Positions 28,332 through 39,865 of a stretch of 64,000 nt of DNA are shown here, piece by piece. Source of the DNA: a virus; the IMG/VR virus record IMGVR_UViG_3300024258_000005. One strand, 5' to 3'. A model generated the notes under the pieces. It did no database searches and was not told where the DNA came from. It saw only the letters and a program-made list of their open reading frames with translations. Positions within the stretch are counted from its first letter, which is position 1. Every line of letters starts with the position of its first letter. The translations under genes and the position numbers were made by a program.

Positions 28332-30041
28332 TTAATAAATTTTATAGAATACTATATTACCAGAATCATATATTTTTCGGAAATCATTATTATACATATT
28401 AACAGTTTCCGTTAATTCAGCGTTAAATATTGGTAATATTTTATGAAGCTTATGCTTTTGATACTTATTTCTTGATTCTAATAGATTCTGATTCTCTGGT
28501 TTAAAATAGAAATAATTTGGTTGAGATATATGACTAAAGATGAATCCAATTGTCTTATATAAATGTCCAGTGCTCCATCTTCGATTAGCATATGTTACTA
28601 AGCTTACTGGGTTTATTGTTTTTTCAAAATGTTTTAGTAGTTTAGAAGCTGCTCCTAATACTGTATGGTTAAGTTTAGAGCAAAATCTTATTAATTCATA
28701 TTCGTATTGTTTAGACATTCTAGCTTTACCAAACGTCATCAAAGATACTAATTCATCTTTATAATAAAGACCGTATCGGAATTTAGCATTACCATGTCCT
28801 TGTAAATGATTAAGGTCTTCGAATTCTCTAGCTGTTTTTGCGTCAACATCTTTTATAACTGTTTTTCTTCCAAATATTCTAGTAGTTCTTCCCATCTTAG
28901 AATTTATAACGCTTTTCCATATATCTTGTTTTGTATCCCATTCATTTTCAAAAATTTGAAATAATTGAATTTCTTTATTCTCTACTAATTCAGTTTTATC
29001 TAAATGTCTTTTTTTATTTTCTGTTGGATTATTAAACATTGAATATTTACTAATTCCTTGAGAATGAAACATTAATCCATTATATTCGATAGCAAAATTA
29101 TTTGGAACTAATATATCTAATTCTTTATTGATTAAAGTCCTATCACCTTGAATTGTTTCATCTGAATCGATAAACTCAATTATTTCTGTTTCAGCTTCAC
29201 TATTACCAGTACGTTTCGTAAATTCAATATTTAATTCTTCAAATTTTTTATAAACAATTGAAGAACTACAATTAAAATAAGCTCTAAATTTTTTACTTAA
29301 TATATGCTTCTGACTATCTAAGAAATTTTTTTCTATATAATCCGCATCATTCCAAAATATAGAATTATCTATTTTAGTTTCTATTATTTTTAGTTGAACA
29401 TCTTTTGATCCAAACGGTGAGTTAGAATTAAATTTTAACATATTGTTTTGATTTCTTATCTCCTGAACCAGTTTTGATTGGTACGGATAATCGCTACTAT
29501 ATCTTAAATTATTAGTATTTTTTATTTTATTTGAAATTATGGTGGACATAGAAGCTACTTCATTACCAAATAATTTTAAATTTGTTTTTTTAATTTTTGT
29601 AATTATTTCTGAATTTGAAAATACACACTTTGTTCCATATTTTTCTAAATTTGTTTTAATCACTTGATCTTTTTTCTCTTGAGTGGAGTTAACAGATTCT
29701 ACCCCATACTTTAATATACAAGTTTCTTTTATTTTTTGTTTAACTTGTTTACTTTTGCTCATACATTTAACACAACAATAATCCTTAAATTTATAATTTT
29801 GTTTGTTAAATTCTACTTGGTTATTGCAATTGTGATTCTTACAAATTAAATCATTATTAGATAATTCTTGTTTGATTATTTGATATCTGATTTTTATATC
29901 ATTTGTTATATAAAAATCAGTATAATTAAAAAGTATTTTTAAAGCAATTTGAATTTCTGTATCGTTTTTATATTTAGCAGATTCTAAATTATTTTTTAAT
30001 CTTCCAGAATTTAATAATATTTGTATATCATTTATCATCAA
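28332..30041 (-). CDS. Hef-like free-standing homing endonuclease
   Basis: Zn ribbon (CKNHNC...YCCVKC), KYG repeats, ELDILVP...IEYNG...H PD-(D/E)xK core, NHLQG...ELIRFC...ASKLLK...NRRWS...YQKH...IYDSG C-terminal domain. Confidence 0.8.
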   Translation of the reverse strand: MMINDIQILLNSGRLKNNLESAKYKNDTEIQIALKILFNYTDFYITNDIKIRYQIIKQELSNNDLICKNHNCNNQVEFNKQNYKFKDYCCVKCMSKSKQVKQKIKETCILKYGVESVNSTQEKKDQVIKTNLEKYGTKCVFSNSEIITKIKKTNLKLFGNEVASMSTIISNKIKNTNNLRYSSDYPYQSKLVQEIRNQNNMLKFNSNSPFGSKDVQLKIIETKIDNSIFWNDADYIEKNFLDSQKHILSKKFRAYFNCSSSIVYKKFEELNIEFTKRTGNSEAETEIIEFIDSDETIQGDRTLINKELDILVPNNFAIEYNGLMFHSQGISKYSMFNNPTENKKRHLDKTELVENKEIQLFQIFENEWDTKQDIWKSVINSKMGRTTRIFGRKTVIKDVDAKTAREFEDLNHLQGHGNAKFRYGLYYKDELVSLMTFGKARMSKQYEYELIRFCSKLNHTVLGAASKLLKHFEKTINPVSLVTYANRRWSTGHLYKTIGFIFSHISQPNYFYFKPENQNLLESRNKYQKHKLHKILPIFNAELTETVNMYNNDFRKIYDSGNIVFYKIY

Positions 30042-30100
30042 AATTTCCTTTTTAAATATAATTTCTATACTTAAATTACTTATCTTGAAAGATAAATAAT

Positions 30101-32320
30101 TTAATATGATTGACCACCATCATCTGAATTCTGCATTAGCATATCTTTAGCTTGCTTCTTAATAAATCCATCACCTGTTTGAATTAAATCATCCCAGTTC
30201 ATTTGAGGAATATAAAGCTTCAATAGCTCTTTAGGATCAATTGTAATCTCAGCAGATTTCAACATACCAATAATATTTGTAACTGAACTAACAAGTGCTT
30301 CATTTGCCTGTACTGTTAGTACTAGAGGCGGATTCAAAGAAAACGCATAGTAGTTACTTAATAGGAAATCATTTCTATCGTAATCATTATTTTCCAGAAC
30401 AATAGAGAATATGGAGTTCATCAATTGACTTAATGAATCATCAATGTTACCTTGAAATGAAGAAATAGTAGTAGCAAAACTTGTATTAAGATTAACTAAT
30501 GTTTCTCTTAAATCAACTTGATCGCCGATGTTTAAATAAACAGATGGAATACCAGTAGCTGCAATAAGTTCATTTCTTAAATCATTCATATCATTAAGGG
30601 GTAAGCTGCGATCACCCATAGGCATAACTTCCATATCAATAAATCTTTGACCATTTACTTGAATAGTTGCTAAGTCACGGAAATCAGTAATTACCTTACT
30701 AATATTCTTAACATTACTTAATGAGTCAAAACTAATACTTTTATTAGAAATATCTTTCTTTACTTTCTCAATGATCTCAGCATGATTCTTTTTATTACCT
30801 GCCTCAATAGTCCATTTACGAACTACAGATGCTCGTGATAATCTTGAAACAATACTTGACATTAAAGCTAGTGTGTACATCTTAACAGGTTGAATAATTG
30901 GATCAAATATACTAGTACCATATGGTCCAAACTTATCTACAGATGTACTAAAGTTAATTAGTCTATTAGGAGAAACGAATCTAAATTTTAGTTTAGCCCG
31001 TTCTTTAATCTTATGATAAAGAATAATCTTGATTGAACTTTCAACTGAATCGCTTAGATTTAATTCATCTAAATTATTAGCATGAGAATTACTAATTGTA
31101 CTGTTAAGTTTTTTAACAACGCCTTTAGTCATCTGATCAATAATTTCACCACGAATTTCTTCTTCTGAGTTATTAGTACTCTTTGAATTATCTTGTTGTG
31201 TAAATCTTTTGAATACATCAATTTCAGAACCTTGACCATCACCTACATCTTCAACAATAAGGTAACCATAAAGTATCCCATCTTGTTCAATTATAATAAC
31301 TTGATTGGGAGAAACATTTTTAAGGTAGATATCTTGAATAGATGAAAAATCTAAATCATTAATATCATCAAAATTATATTCTGAATTTTCACGAGTAATC
31401 TCTGAATAATAACCTGTATCAGCTTCTTCTATTTGAGAGCCAATTATTTTCTTACTTAAAAGGTCTTTAAATTGTTGAGCTGGAGTTGAAACAGGAACAA
31501 CTTCACCATCCTCAACACTCTCTTCAAGATATTCGCCTTCTTTTTCAACGTACTCTTCTGCGTCTGATTCAAATATACAATATCCAAAATCCGTTGACTT
31601 TGTTTTAGTTTTAACACCAGTAACATAACTTTCAGTGATAAGCTCACGATGTGATGCTATATCAGCTACAGTCTTTAAATTAAGAATCTCAATAAAACTA
31701 TTACCATACTTTAACATATCAGGAACAATTCTATTTTTCATCTTCTTCTGTAAGTCAAAGTACACAGTACTTGTCTTTAAAAAGTTTTCATAATGCTTAC
31801 CACTATCTTCTTTAATCGTTTGAAGAAATGCAACATTATTTGGATTTGCATTAATATTTAAAAATTGTTTTGTTTGTACATTTTTAATAAGAATATTATC
31901 AATATATACTTTTAACATACGATATGCAATAAAGTTAATATTTGGAATTTCTTCATAAAATTGATAACGTTTTACACGTTCAGTTGGTACACTAATTTCA
32001 CCTAGATTACCAAGGATATCACTATCAGCTGCACCAAGAAGTTTTTTAATATCTTCATCGACTTTTTCATCTTCTGGTCTGTCATCTTCTTGTGCATCAG
32101 TTCTCTTTTGATATAATTGTTTTGAAAGTTCTTGTACTTCAATACTTTGCATCTTAGAGCTATAAGTATTATATGTATTTAAATTACCTACAATATTGTT
32201 GTATAAATCGTTAAATTTATCATCCAGATCAGTTAATACTTTAACTGGTTCTAAAATACTTTGAGCAGAATTAGAAGTTGCAACTTCTTCTTCTGGTTGT
32301 TGTTCGTTTTGTCCCCACAT
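30101..32320 (-). CDS. Portal protein, T4 gp20-like
   Basis: RYQFYEEIP..., SRASVVRKWTIEAGN...AEIIEKV...K, LIAATGIPSVYL; 739 aa, near TerL. Confidence 0.75.
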   Translation of the reverse strand: MWGQNEQQPEEEVATSNSAQSILEPVKVLTDLDDKFNDLYNNIVGNLNTYNTYSSKMQSIEVQELSKQLYQKRTDAQEDDRPEDEKVDEDIKKLLGAADSDILGNLGEISVPTERVKRYQFYEEIPNINFIAYRMLKVYIDNILIKNVQTKQFLNINANPNNVAFLQTIKEDSGKHYENFLKTSTVYFDLQKKMKNRIVPDMLKYGNSFIEILNLKTVADIASHRELITESYVTGVKTKTKSTDFGYCIFESDAEEYVEKEGEYLEESVEDGEVVPVSTPAQQFKDLLSKKIIGSQIEEADTGYYSEITRENSEYNFDDINDLDFSSIQDIYLKNVSPNQVIIIEQDGILYGYLIVEDVGDGQGSEIDVFKRFTQQDNSKSTNNSEEEIRGEIIDQMTKGVVKKLNSTISNSHANNLDELNLSDSVESSIKIILYHKIKERAKLKFRFVSPNRLINFSTSVDKFGPYGTSIFDPIIQPVKMYTLALMSSIVSRLSRASVVRKWTIEAGNKKNHAEIIEKVKKDISNKSISFDSLSNVKNISKVITDFRDLATIQVNGQRFIDMEVMPMGDRSLPLNDMNDLRNELIAATGIPSVYLNIGDQVDLRETLVNLNTSFATTISSFQGNIDDSLSQLMNSIFSIVLENNDYDRNDFLLSNYYAFSLNPPLVLTVQANEALVSSVTNIIGMLKSAEITIDPKELLKLYIPQMNWDDLIQTGDGFIKKQAKDMLMQNSDDGGQSY

Positions 32321-32324
32321 TTAA

Positions 32325-32828
32325 TTATCCTTGATCATATATTGTATTTAGTGTTTGTTTATTAACTGCATCTATACCAGTACCTTTTTCTCGAAACTTT
32401 ATATTTGCTTCATTTAGTAATCTAAGAAAAGTTTGATGAATATATAATTCAATCCCTTTTTTCGAATAGACTTCTAATAGTCTTGACTTTTGAACATCAT
32501 TAAGAGTAGCAGAAACATCTGTATAAAAATCTTCTTTAAGTTTTTTAATATCTTTTTTATCAAGTTCTTTATCTGATACAAAGTTTGCCATTATATATGA
32601 CACTAAGTAATATCTGAACTTCACCTCAAGCAATTGATCAAAAAATGCAACTAGTGTGATTGTATCATTTATTGATAGTTTCTTACGCTTCAGATTTTTA
32701 ACCTTTAAATCAGAGATTTGTTTTTGTTTATATAATTTATATATAACCACTATTAATGATGTTAGAATCATCATTCCTATAATTCCCGCATAAACTAAAT
32801 TAGCATATACTGAGTACGAATATTCCAT
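32325..32828 (-). CDS. Hypothetical membrane protein (single N-terminal TM helix)
   Basis: LVYAGIIGMMILTSLIVVIY hydrophobic segment followed by a basic stretch. Confidence 0.7.
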   Translation of the reverse strand: MEYSYSVYANLVYAGIIGMMILTSLIVVIYKLYKQKQISDLKVKNLKRKKLSINDTITLVAFFDQLLEVKFRYYLVSYIMANFVSDKELDKKDIKKLKEDFYTDVSATLNDVQKSRLLEVYSKKGIELYIHQTFLRLLNEANIKFREKGTGIDAVNKQTLNTIYDQG

Positions 32829-32839
32829 TTAAATTCCTT

Positions 32840-33031
32840 TTAAGTCCGAGGACTATTATCTTTTATAAATTGTTCTATCTTTAGATCAGTAATTTTTATA
32901 AAAATTCCTTCTTCTAAGACAGGCGATGTTATTAAACTTCTTATTGATTCGTTATCTGCGACTGAAATACTGTCGCGTAAATTATCATCTATCTTAATAT
33001 CATCGTTCGAAACAATAACTGAATTATTCAT
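32840..33031 (-). CDS. Hypothetical protein (63 aa)
   Basis: Fills an operon gap, has an RBS. Confidence 0.6.
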   Translation of the reverse strand: MNNSVIVSNDDIKIDDNLRDSISVADNESIRSLITSPVLEEGIFIKITDLKIEQFIKDNSPRT

Positions 33032-33040
33032 TTTTTATTC

Positions 33041-34153
33041 CTATAATTTTATTGTTTTGAACGCTCTATTCGCAGGAACAGTAGCTCCTTGTTTAAAACT
33101 TCGATCTAAGTGTTTTATATTAGGCGCAATAAAATTCTCAGTTTTAGTTTTATCCATAGAGGCAACAAAACCATTAATTAGAGGTTCAATTGTTAATCTT
33201 ACATCAACATTTAATGGTTGATTATATTGATTAAATTGGGTTTCATTACCACCACGAGTAATTGTCATAGCGCTTATACCAGCTAATGGTATACTCATAA
33301 GACCTTCTGCTTCAACTTCCCACAATGTAGGGTAACCAAAATTAAGACCATCATATGAAATAGGAGCAGTTGCTAAAATTAACATTTTTAATGGTTCTAA
33401 TATATACTTTTTAATAGCATCGGGGTGTCCTGAAGGACTAACTAATTTAATCATTAATTGTAAACTATTAGTATATTCAGAACGAGTCCATTCTTTTGGT
33501 AAAGCTGTTTGGATTCCAAGTGCTTTACCTGCACCTAAGTTAAGTAGGGCATTATCACCATTATTTTCACTAAGCAATTTTAAACCATAAGTACTATCAA
33601 GTGACGCACCTTTCTTAATTTGTTGCACCTTTTGAGAAATAGGTAATCCTGATATTGAATTAGTTAATTTTTCAGCACTTGACATTTCAAAAGTATTTCC
33701 AAATACTTCAGACATTGTTGAATCATTTGTAGCTAAAATTCTAAGTTCATCAATGTTACTTGTTAAATCAGCTGGTAGATTTTTATCACTTGAATTTGAC
33801 ATATCATTGTGCCATAAAAGTTCGTGCCATAATCGTACTGCTGTTTTTGTTGAAGTACCATCGACTAATGGTACACTTTGAAGTGGAGTTAATCCACCCA
33901 TTTCATATAAACCATTAGTTGTATCTGAACCAGTAGTATTTTTTAAACCTAATGATTTTAATAATGTTGCTGAAATCTGTCCAAAATCAACTAAGTATCC
34001 AGTGGGTCTTAAATTAATTGTTGTAAGATTATTTTTTAAACGTTCTTCATAATTTATACCTCTTTCCTTTTTATTTATTTGAGTATTATAACCAGGAACT
34101 TTACCAATAACTGTAAAATTCGTATTGTTTCTCCCTGTTTCAAATGCTGGCAT
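33041..34153 (-). CDS. Baseplate tail-tube initiator/cap, T4 gp48-like
   Basis: C-terminal tube-fold pattern LMIKLVSP...YPTLWEV...ISAMTITRG...QPLNVDVRLTIEPL. Confidence 0.5.
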   Translation of the reverse strand: MPAFETGRNNTNFTVIGKVPGYNTQINKKERGINYEERLKNNLTTINLRPTGYLVDFGQISATLLKSLGLKNTTGSDTTNGLYEMGGLTPLQSVPLVDGTSTKTAVRLWHELLWHNDMSNSSDKNLPADLTSNIDELRILATNDSTMSEVFGNTFEMSSAEKLTNSISGLPISQKVQQIKKGASLDSTYGLKLLSENNGDNALLNLGAGKALGIQTALPKEWTRSEYTNSLQLMIKLVSPSGHPDAIKKYILEPLKMLILATAPISYDGLNFGYPTLWEVEAEGLMSIPLAGISAMTITRGGNETQFNQYNQPLNVDVRLTIEPLINGFVASMDKTKTENFIAPNIKHLDRSFKQGATVPANRAFKTIKL

Positions 34154-34171
34154 TTAAATTCCTTTTATATT

Positions 34172-37100
34172 TTATATTTTCTTAGCTGTTGTAATTGCTT
34201 CAGCAAATGCTGAATGTTTATCAATAGTATAAACATTCGTTTTACTTGCTTGTAGACCTTGAATAATACCCTGAAGGGCTGCTAATTGCGCCATCATTAT
34301 TTTTGATTGAGATTCGTTATTAATATCAAGTTTTGTCATCTTTTCTAACTCAATTGCTTCAAGTTTTAATAATTGCTCATCTTTTTTATCAATTACTCTA
34401 TCTTCGCTAATGTTCGCGAAAGTACTATCAATTCTTTGTTGAGATTTTTTTATCTTCATACGATTCTTTTCATACTGAGCTTCTTTCGCTTCTTCTGATG
34501 TTAATTGATGAGAAGAATTTTCCGGATCAGTTGCTACAACTTTACTTTTCTTAAACATACTACTATGGAATTTTTGATTTAACATATCACCATCAGCAGC
34601 AAGCATTGCCTTCTGGTCTTTTTTAGATAATGTTTCCCAATAAGCTCTTCCACCTCTTTCCCAAGTATTATCACCTGATCCCATAGTATAATCAATTAAA
34701 GCATTTCCTGAAACATTAGTAGCAACAGTCTTTCCTGTACGCTCTTTAAGTTCTAAACGAATAGCAGTTCTCACCATTAAATTTAACGTACCTTCTTTAA
34801 GCATATACATAAGTTCATCATTATCCATATCTTTAAAACGAGTACGAAGTTTTGCAATACTTTCATCTTTAAGTTGAGTACTAGTGTTGAAATGTATCAT
34901 TGCTTCATCTAAATTATTTTTTTGTTCTTTAGATATAGCACCATCATTCTTGATACCTGATTTACCTTTTTCTTCTAGTCTTTCTTCTTCAGCATTATCA
35001 AAATAAAATTCAGCATATTTATAAGCACTATATGCAACAGCCCCTACAGCAAGAGCAGCAGCAACATAAGGAATTCTTAGAACTGCCATAATAGCAGTAG
35101 GAAATACGCTACCAATATTTTTTAAAACACCCATAAATCCAAGTTTCTTAAAATTAAGTTTACCAAATAAATCTTTAGTACGTTGCCATAGACTAGCACC
35201 GCCAGCTGGAGCTTTAGGTTTTGGAACTGTACGTTTACCAGGACCGCCACCACCGCCACCGAAATCGTAACCGATGCCACCGAATCCGTCTAATAAACCA
35301 GACTCTTCTTGATTCTTTCTCATTCTTTTAGATATCTTTTTACGATTACCTTTAGTACAATTTCCACAAACACCATCACGAATTTCTTCTAAAAGGATAA
35401 GTTGTCTTTCTTGCATAGAGAATTTACGCTCTTGTTGTTCTTCCGACTTCTGAGAGTCCTGAGCGTCCTGAGCAGAAACATTTTCAGTTTCATCTTTATT
35501 CTTGCTACTAATAGATGATACTGATTGACCATCAGAATTTAAAAAGTTATCTAGGAAGCTATTACCACCTCTAGCTTTTTTAAGCTGTGAATCAATAAGT
35601 TTATCTTCATTTTTAGCGCTAAACATTTGTCCCCAAATACTAGGACTTGCATTTAATGTAGTCATCTGCTTCATCATTCGGTCTTTAATGTCTTCATCTT
35701 TGGCTGCATGATAATCATTACCAGCAAATGTACCGTCAAATTTATTCATACTCAATTCATCAAATTTAGAACGCTTTATTGGACCAGCCATTGATTTCAA
35801 TGATTCCATTTGTGAATGGTTATACTTTAAAAGTAATTCAAATCTATCAGGATAAGCTTTACCTAAATAATTAGCCATAAGATCCTGAGGACCCAATTCA
35901 GTAGCACCAACTGCGTCTCGTAAAGCTTCTTCACTGTTAAGAGTAGTATTACTCAAATCACTGGCCATCCAATCGTACATAACTTCTTGTAATCCGCGAT
36001 TCTTCTTACGTTTCTTCTTAGCACCCATTTTACCACTAGCTTGACGCTCCATGATAGTATCACCGTTTTCGTCTGTTTCATATACTTGATTTCCATCAGC
36101 GTCTTTTTCAAGATCACCACCAAACATGTCCTTCACCCAGTTATAGCCACCGGATGCCATCTTAGCAGTACCAGATAATACATTATACCCTGGAATATAA
36201 CCAAGTTTTTCATCAATAGTTTTAAAATGTGATTCATAAAAAGAATCATCAGCCATATTATTGATTTCATTCTCTTCACGAATTCTAGCGAGAAGACCAT
36301 GAGATGATGCTTGAGTAATACCGAAGCCATCAGTACGAATTTTTAAAAGTTCATGTGCTGAGAATCTACTAATTTCAGAAATAAGACCAAGAATAGATAA
36401 TTGTTTAGATTCAAATGTACTAGCTTTACTCATAATTTGAGAGGGTGTTGTATGTATAGCTTGAACTAAAGAACTTGAAACACCCATCTTCTCAGCAAAT
36501 TGTTCTTCACTTTGTAATGCATCAACACCTTTAATTTTACTATTCGCAGTGTTATACATTTCAGTAACTGATTTACCTTGCAGTGTAGCACTTAAATAAG
36601 TACCAGGATCGAAAGTACTTAAAGCGTTAGCCATACCCATTTCGATTCCACCAAAGAATCTATTAGTTAAACTTACATCTTTTGTTGAAGAGTCTGCAGA
36701 GTGTATGGTACCATCATCGCCAAATGTATCACTTAAAGTCTTTTGACCTCCGTAACCACCTTCTTTATTTTTACGAGATTCATTATCTACAGACTCAGCT
36801 GCAATAAAAGGTAGAACTGATGTGTGACCTTCAATCATTGCTAAAATATTAGCAATAAGAGATTCACCAGGTTTCATCTGATGTTGATTTTGCAAACGTT
36901 TAATTTGCATTTGTAGCATACGCGTACTACCATAAGTAGTTTCTAGTTCATGTGGACTAGTACCCATAGTAGTCATTTGTGTACGATTAATTTCTATTTT
37001 AGTACTTGAGTCTTTACTCATATACTTATTTAACGCACCGGCACCTTTCTGCATTGCTATCATAGAAGCAATACCCATACCCATTGGGCTCAATCCAGAG

Positions 37101-37645
37101 ATAGCAGCTTGACCAGCACTTCCTAGTCCTAACATTCCAGCACCAGAAGCTAATCCTCCAGCAGCTGCAGAACCCATACCTTGCATACCACCAAATAAAC
37201 TTGAACCCATCATACCAGTACTTAATAGACTAGTGTTTAGCCCACCACCCATAGCAGCAGCACCATAAGCACCCGTTTTCATTAGTTTAGCAAAACTGCT
37301 TCCAGCTGATGCTGCACTTGCTGCAGCATCACCGAATCCTGAACCAGTTCCTGCCTTTTGATTTAAATTTCTTTGGTAAGCATTCTTTTGAGCATCTGCT
37401 GTTTGTTTAGCACCACTCATTAGCATCATAGCAGATGATACAGGTAACATAGGAGCCAACATTTCAGCCGCTTTTCCACCAACAGCACCAGCCGCTATTT
37501 TACCTACACCAGCCACCATCTTTAATTTTTTAAAAGCTCGAGAATTTAGTACTTTATTTAATCCAGTACGATCGCCAGTCTCAGCCATTTGATCAAGCAT
37601 TGAGTAATACTGTTCCTGTATGGCATTTCTTTTCTTGTCAGACAA
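34172..37645 (-). CDS. Tape-measure/baseplate-hub-like protein
   Basis: 1157 aa, helical, Gly/Ala/Met-rich hydrophobic segments, adjacent to the tube-initiator gene; TTG start with GGAG RBS. Confidence 0.45.
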   Translation of the reverse strand: MSDKKRNAIQEQYYSMLDQMAETGDRTGLNKVLNSRAFKKLKMVAGVGKIAAGAVGGKAAEMLAPMLPVSSAMMLMSGAKQTADAQKNAYQRNLNQKAGTGSGFGDAAASAASAGSSFAKLMKTGAYGAAAMGGGLNTSLLSTGMMGSSLFGGMQGMGSAAAGGLASGAGMLGLGSAGQAAISGLSPMGMGIASMIAMQKGAGALNKYMSKDSSTKIEINRTQMTTMGTSPHELETTYGSTRMLQMQIKRLQNQHQMKPGESLIANILAMIEGHTSVLPFIAAESVDNESRKNKEGGYGGQKTLSDTFGDDGTIHSADSSTKDVSLTNRFFGGIEMGMANALSTFDPGTYLSATLQGKSVTEMYNTANSKIKGVDALQSEEQFAEKMGVSSSLVQAIHTTPSQIMSKASTFESKQLSILGLISEISRFSAHELLKIRTDGFGITQASSHGLLARIREENEINNMADDSFYESHFKTIDEKLGYIPGYNVLSGTAKMASGGYNWVKDMFGGDLEKDADGNQVYETDENGDTIMERQASGKMGAKKKRKKNRGLQEVMYDWMASDLSNTTLNSEEALRDAVGATELGPQDLMANYLGKAYPDRFELLLKYNHSQMESLKSMAGPIKRSKFDELSMNKFDGTFAGNDYHAAKDEDIKDRMMKQMTTLNASPSIWGQMFSAKNEDKLIDSQLKKARGGNSFLDNFLNSDGQSVSSISSKNKDETENVSAQDAQDSQKSEEQQERKFSMQERQLILLEEIRDGVCGNCTKGNRKKISKRMRKNQEESGLLDGFGGIGYDFGGGGGGPGKRTVPKPKAPAGGASLWQRTKDLFGKLNFKKLGFMGVLKNIGSVFPTAIMAVLRIPYVAAALAVGAVAYSAYKYAEFYFDNAEEERLEEKGKSGIKNDGAISKEQKNNLDEAMIHFNTSTQLKDESIAKLRTRFKDMDNDELMYMLKEGTLNLMVRTAIRLELKERTGKTVATNVSGNALIDYTMGSGDNTWERGGRAYWETLSKKDQKAMLAADGDMLNQKFHSSMFKKSKVVATDPENSSHQLTSEEAKEAQYEKNRMKIKKSQQRIDSTFANISEDRVIDKKDEQLLKLEAIELEKMTKLDINNESQSKIMMAQLAALQGIIQGLQASKTNVYTIDKHSAFAEAITTAKKI

Positions 37646-37689
37646 TGCTTTCTCCTTTTGATTTAATAGTTATAGTTTCATTATATATC

Positions 37690-37698
37690 TATTTGTTC
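37690..37698 (-). promoter_or_regulatory. GAACAAATA variant of the candidate late promoter
   Basis: One mismatch, 45 nt upstream of start 37645. Confidence 0.45.
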
Positions 37699-37711
37699 TT
37701 TGAATTGAAAG

Positions 37712-37747
37712 ACAAGAGTATCTAATCGGCTACATGCCGATTAGATA
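37712..37747 (-). terminator. Hairpin terminator with TCTTGT tail
   Basis: 12-bp perfect stem TATCTAATCGGC/GCCGATTAGATA overlapping the terL stop, then cTCTTGT. Confidence 0.75.
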
Positions 37748-39700
37748 ATTACTCATATCATATTCTTTTAGATCAGGTTTCTTTTTATCACTTTTAAAAT
37801 GAAAACCATCTTCGTTCTCAACCCATTCATCTGATTCTTGACCAGTACTACCGCCCGTGCCAATTGTAACACTGATAAAGTCCATTATAGTTTCAGGAGT
37901 TAAAGCAAATGCTTGTATCTCACCATCTACTTGAAGTTCACCACTCTTAATCATTAACTTACGAACATATAAACAGAAGTTATAAGCCATAACAACATCA
38001 TCATGTTGTCCACGCATTGCTTCAATACGTCCATTAGCTTTTTGTTCTAGGTTTCGTAGTTCGTCAATAAGCATATCACTATGAAATAAATCAGGACGAC
38101 CATTAACTTGATTCATCAGTTCATTAAACATCTGATCACGTTTACCATTACCCATTTTACCAGCATTTGAAGTATATAAACCAAATGTATAATCACCAGT
38201 TGGTTCACCTTTACCATTTTTTACTTCTTCTTGATATAAATATGCTTCATAATCGAAGTCATCAACCAATGGATCATTATAAAGTAATTCCTCAACTGTT
38301 TCTTTACCAATCGAGTTTCTCTCAATAATGACTCTTAGTGTTTCTTCGTTAACATTATATAGTTTACTTAGTCCTTGGACCGCAGCTTTTACAAGAGCAG
38401 CAAATCTTTTAACAACAGAGAATTTACCTTTCCATGCACCTACTTCTTGACCTGAAACAGCATGTACTAAACTCAAAGCACTATAATCCGAATTGATACC
38501 AGCACTCATAGCGGTATCCACACCAAGTAAATATATTTCACCTGGAATTAATTCAGAGAACATTTCAAGTTTATGACCAAAAGGCAATTGCATCTCATGA
38601 CTAGATTTTTTAGGAACAAGCTTACATATAACATCATCAGAGAATATAGATGTACTTGAACCAAGAAATACTAAGTCAAGTTCCTGATTAATCTTACGTT
38701 GATTAAAGTTCAGTTCCTTACATTGCTTATTATACCAATCTTGATCTCTATGTGTATCACTCCAAAGAATTTTCATACTAATAAATGCATTCTTTTCAGG
38801 ATCATCCATAGTAACTTCATAACCATCATAAAGAACTTTATTCTCATAATCATATATATCATCAAACTTAACTGATCTTTGTAATATGCCGTAGAACCAG
38901 TTACCACCAGCACCATTAGGTGTTGATACCGCAATCATACAAGTAGGATAACCAAATTTCTTAGCAAATATTTTCGCTGTTGAAATAGATGGTTGCATTG
39001 CGGAATAAACAATATCCATATGTTTAATAAAGGCTGCCTCATCCAGGATTATAATACTTCCTGAAAGTCCACGACCAAGAGTATCAGGATCAATACTACC
39101 AGAAACGAACATAGTATCAAACATACTCTTATTCTTTAAGTGAAAGAATGTAGTTCTTTCGGCTTTAGAAGCATTTGGTACTCTCATCCAATTAGGAAGC
39201 TTACTCATCATTTCTTTTAAACGAGCAACTGCATCCTTACCACGATTACTATCTAATGTTAGGAATGCTATCTTAATACCAGGAAAGAATACCATACAAT
39301 ACAATGCATATAGTAATGCTAGTGTAGTCTTACCAATCTGGCGAGAACTAATAAACGCGACATTATCTTGCAATTCAAATAATTTAAAAAGTAATCTAAA
39401 TTTATTTGAACTTTGCCATTGTTCTGAACTTCCCATGTGAATAAATCCACCAGTTACGGGAGTATATGCATATTTCTCTACCCAATACAACGGAGACATT
39501 TTACATTTCATCCATTCTATCATTTGCTCATTAGCCGACATATTTTTATTGTAATGATCTTCTCCTAAATACTCAGGAACCTTTATTACAGGTTTTTCTT
39601 TTACAATAATACCTTCCACTACCTCAACTTCTGAAGCTGGGTCTTTCCATATATCATTATCTTCTTCTAAAGACTCTTCATCGTTTAGTATTTCTGACAT
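37730..39700 (-). CDS. terL: Terminase large subunit, T4 gp17-like
   Basis: SSRQIGKTT Walker A, IILDEAAF Walker B, STPNG, GVDTA and HDDVVMA RNase-H-like nuclease motifs. Confidence 0.93.
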   Translation of the reverse strand: MSEILNDEESLEEDNDIWKDPASEVEVVEGIIVKEKPVIKVPEYLGEDHYNKNMSANEQMIEWMKCKMSPLYWVEKYAYTPVTGGFIHMGSSEQWQSSNKFRLLFKLFELQDNVAFISSRQIGKTTLALLYALYCMVFFPGIKIAFLTLDSNRGKDAVARLKEMMSKLPNWMRVPNASKAERTTFFHLKNKSMFDTMFVSGSIDPDTLGRGLSGSIIILDEAAFIKHMDIVYSAMQPSISTAKIFAKKFGYPTCMIAVSTPNGAGGNWFYGILQRSVKFDDIYDYENKVLYDGYEVTMDDPEKNAFISMKILWSDTHRDQDWYNKQCKELNFNQRKINQELDLVFLGSSTSIFSDDVICKLVPKKSSHEMQLPFGHKLEMFSELIPGEIYLLGVDTAMSAGINSDYSALSLVHAVSGQEVGAWKGKFSVVKRFAALVKAAVQGLSKLYNVNEETLRVIIERNSIGKETVEELLYNDPLVDDFDYEAYLYQEEVKNGKGEPTGDYTFGLYTSNAGKMGNGKRDQMFNELMNQVNGRPDLFHSDMLIDELRNLEQKANGRIEAMRGQHDDVVMAYNFCLYVRKLMIKSGELQVDGEIQAFALTPETIMDFISVTIGTGGSTGQESDEWVENEDGFHFKSDKKKPDLKEYDMSNYLIGM

Positions 39701-39718
39701 TATTTTTCCTTTTTAAAA

Positions 39719-39860
39719 CGATCTTTCAAGATCATAAAAATAGTTACCATAGAAATAAAATAAAATATTTCTATGGTAATAATTTCTATCTTTAAAGATC
39801 GCACTTTTTTTTGAATAATGATCTTTAAAGATAGAAATTATTTCTATCTTTAAAGATCGT
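39719..39860. promoter_or_regulatory. Intergenic motif block C (nested palindromes) upstream of terL
   Basis: 37-bp element 39743-39779; 19-bp-arm palindrome 39820-39858; GATCTTTAAAGAT words. Confidence 0.65.
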
Positions 39861-39865
39861 TTTAT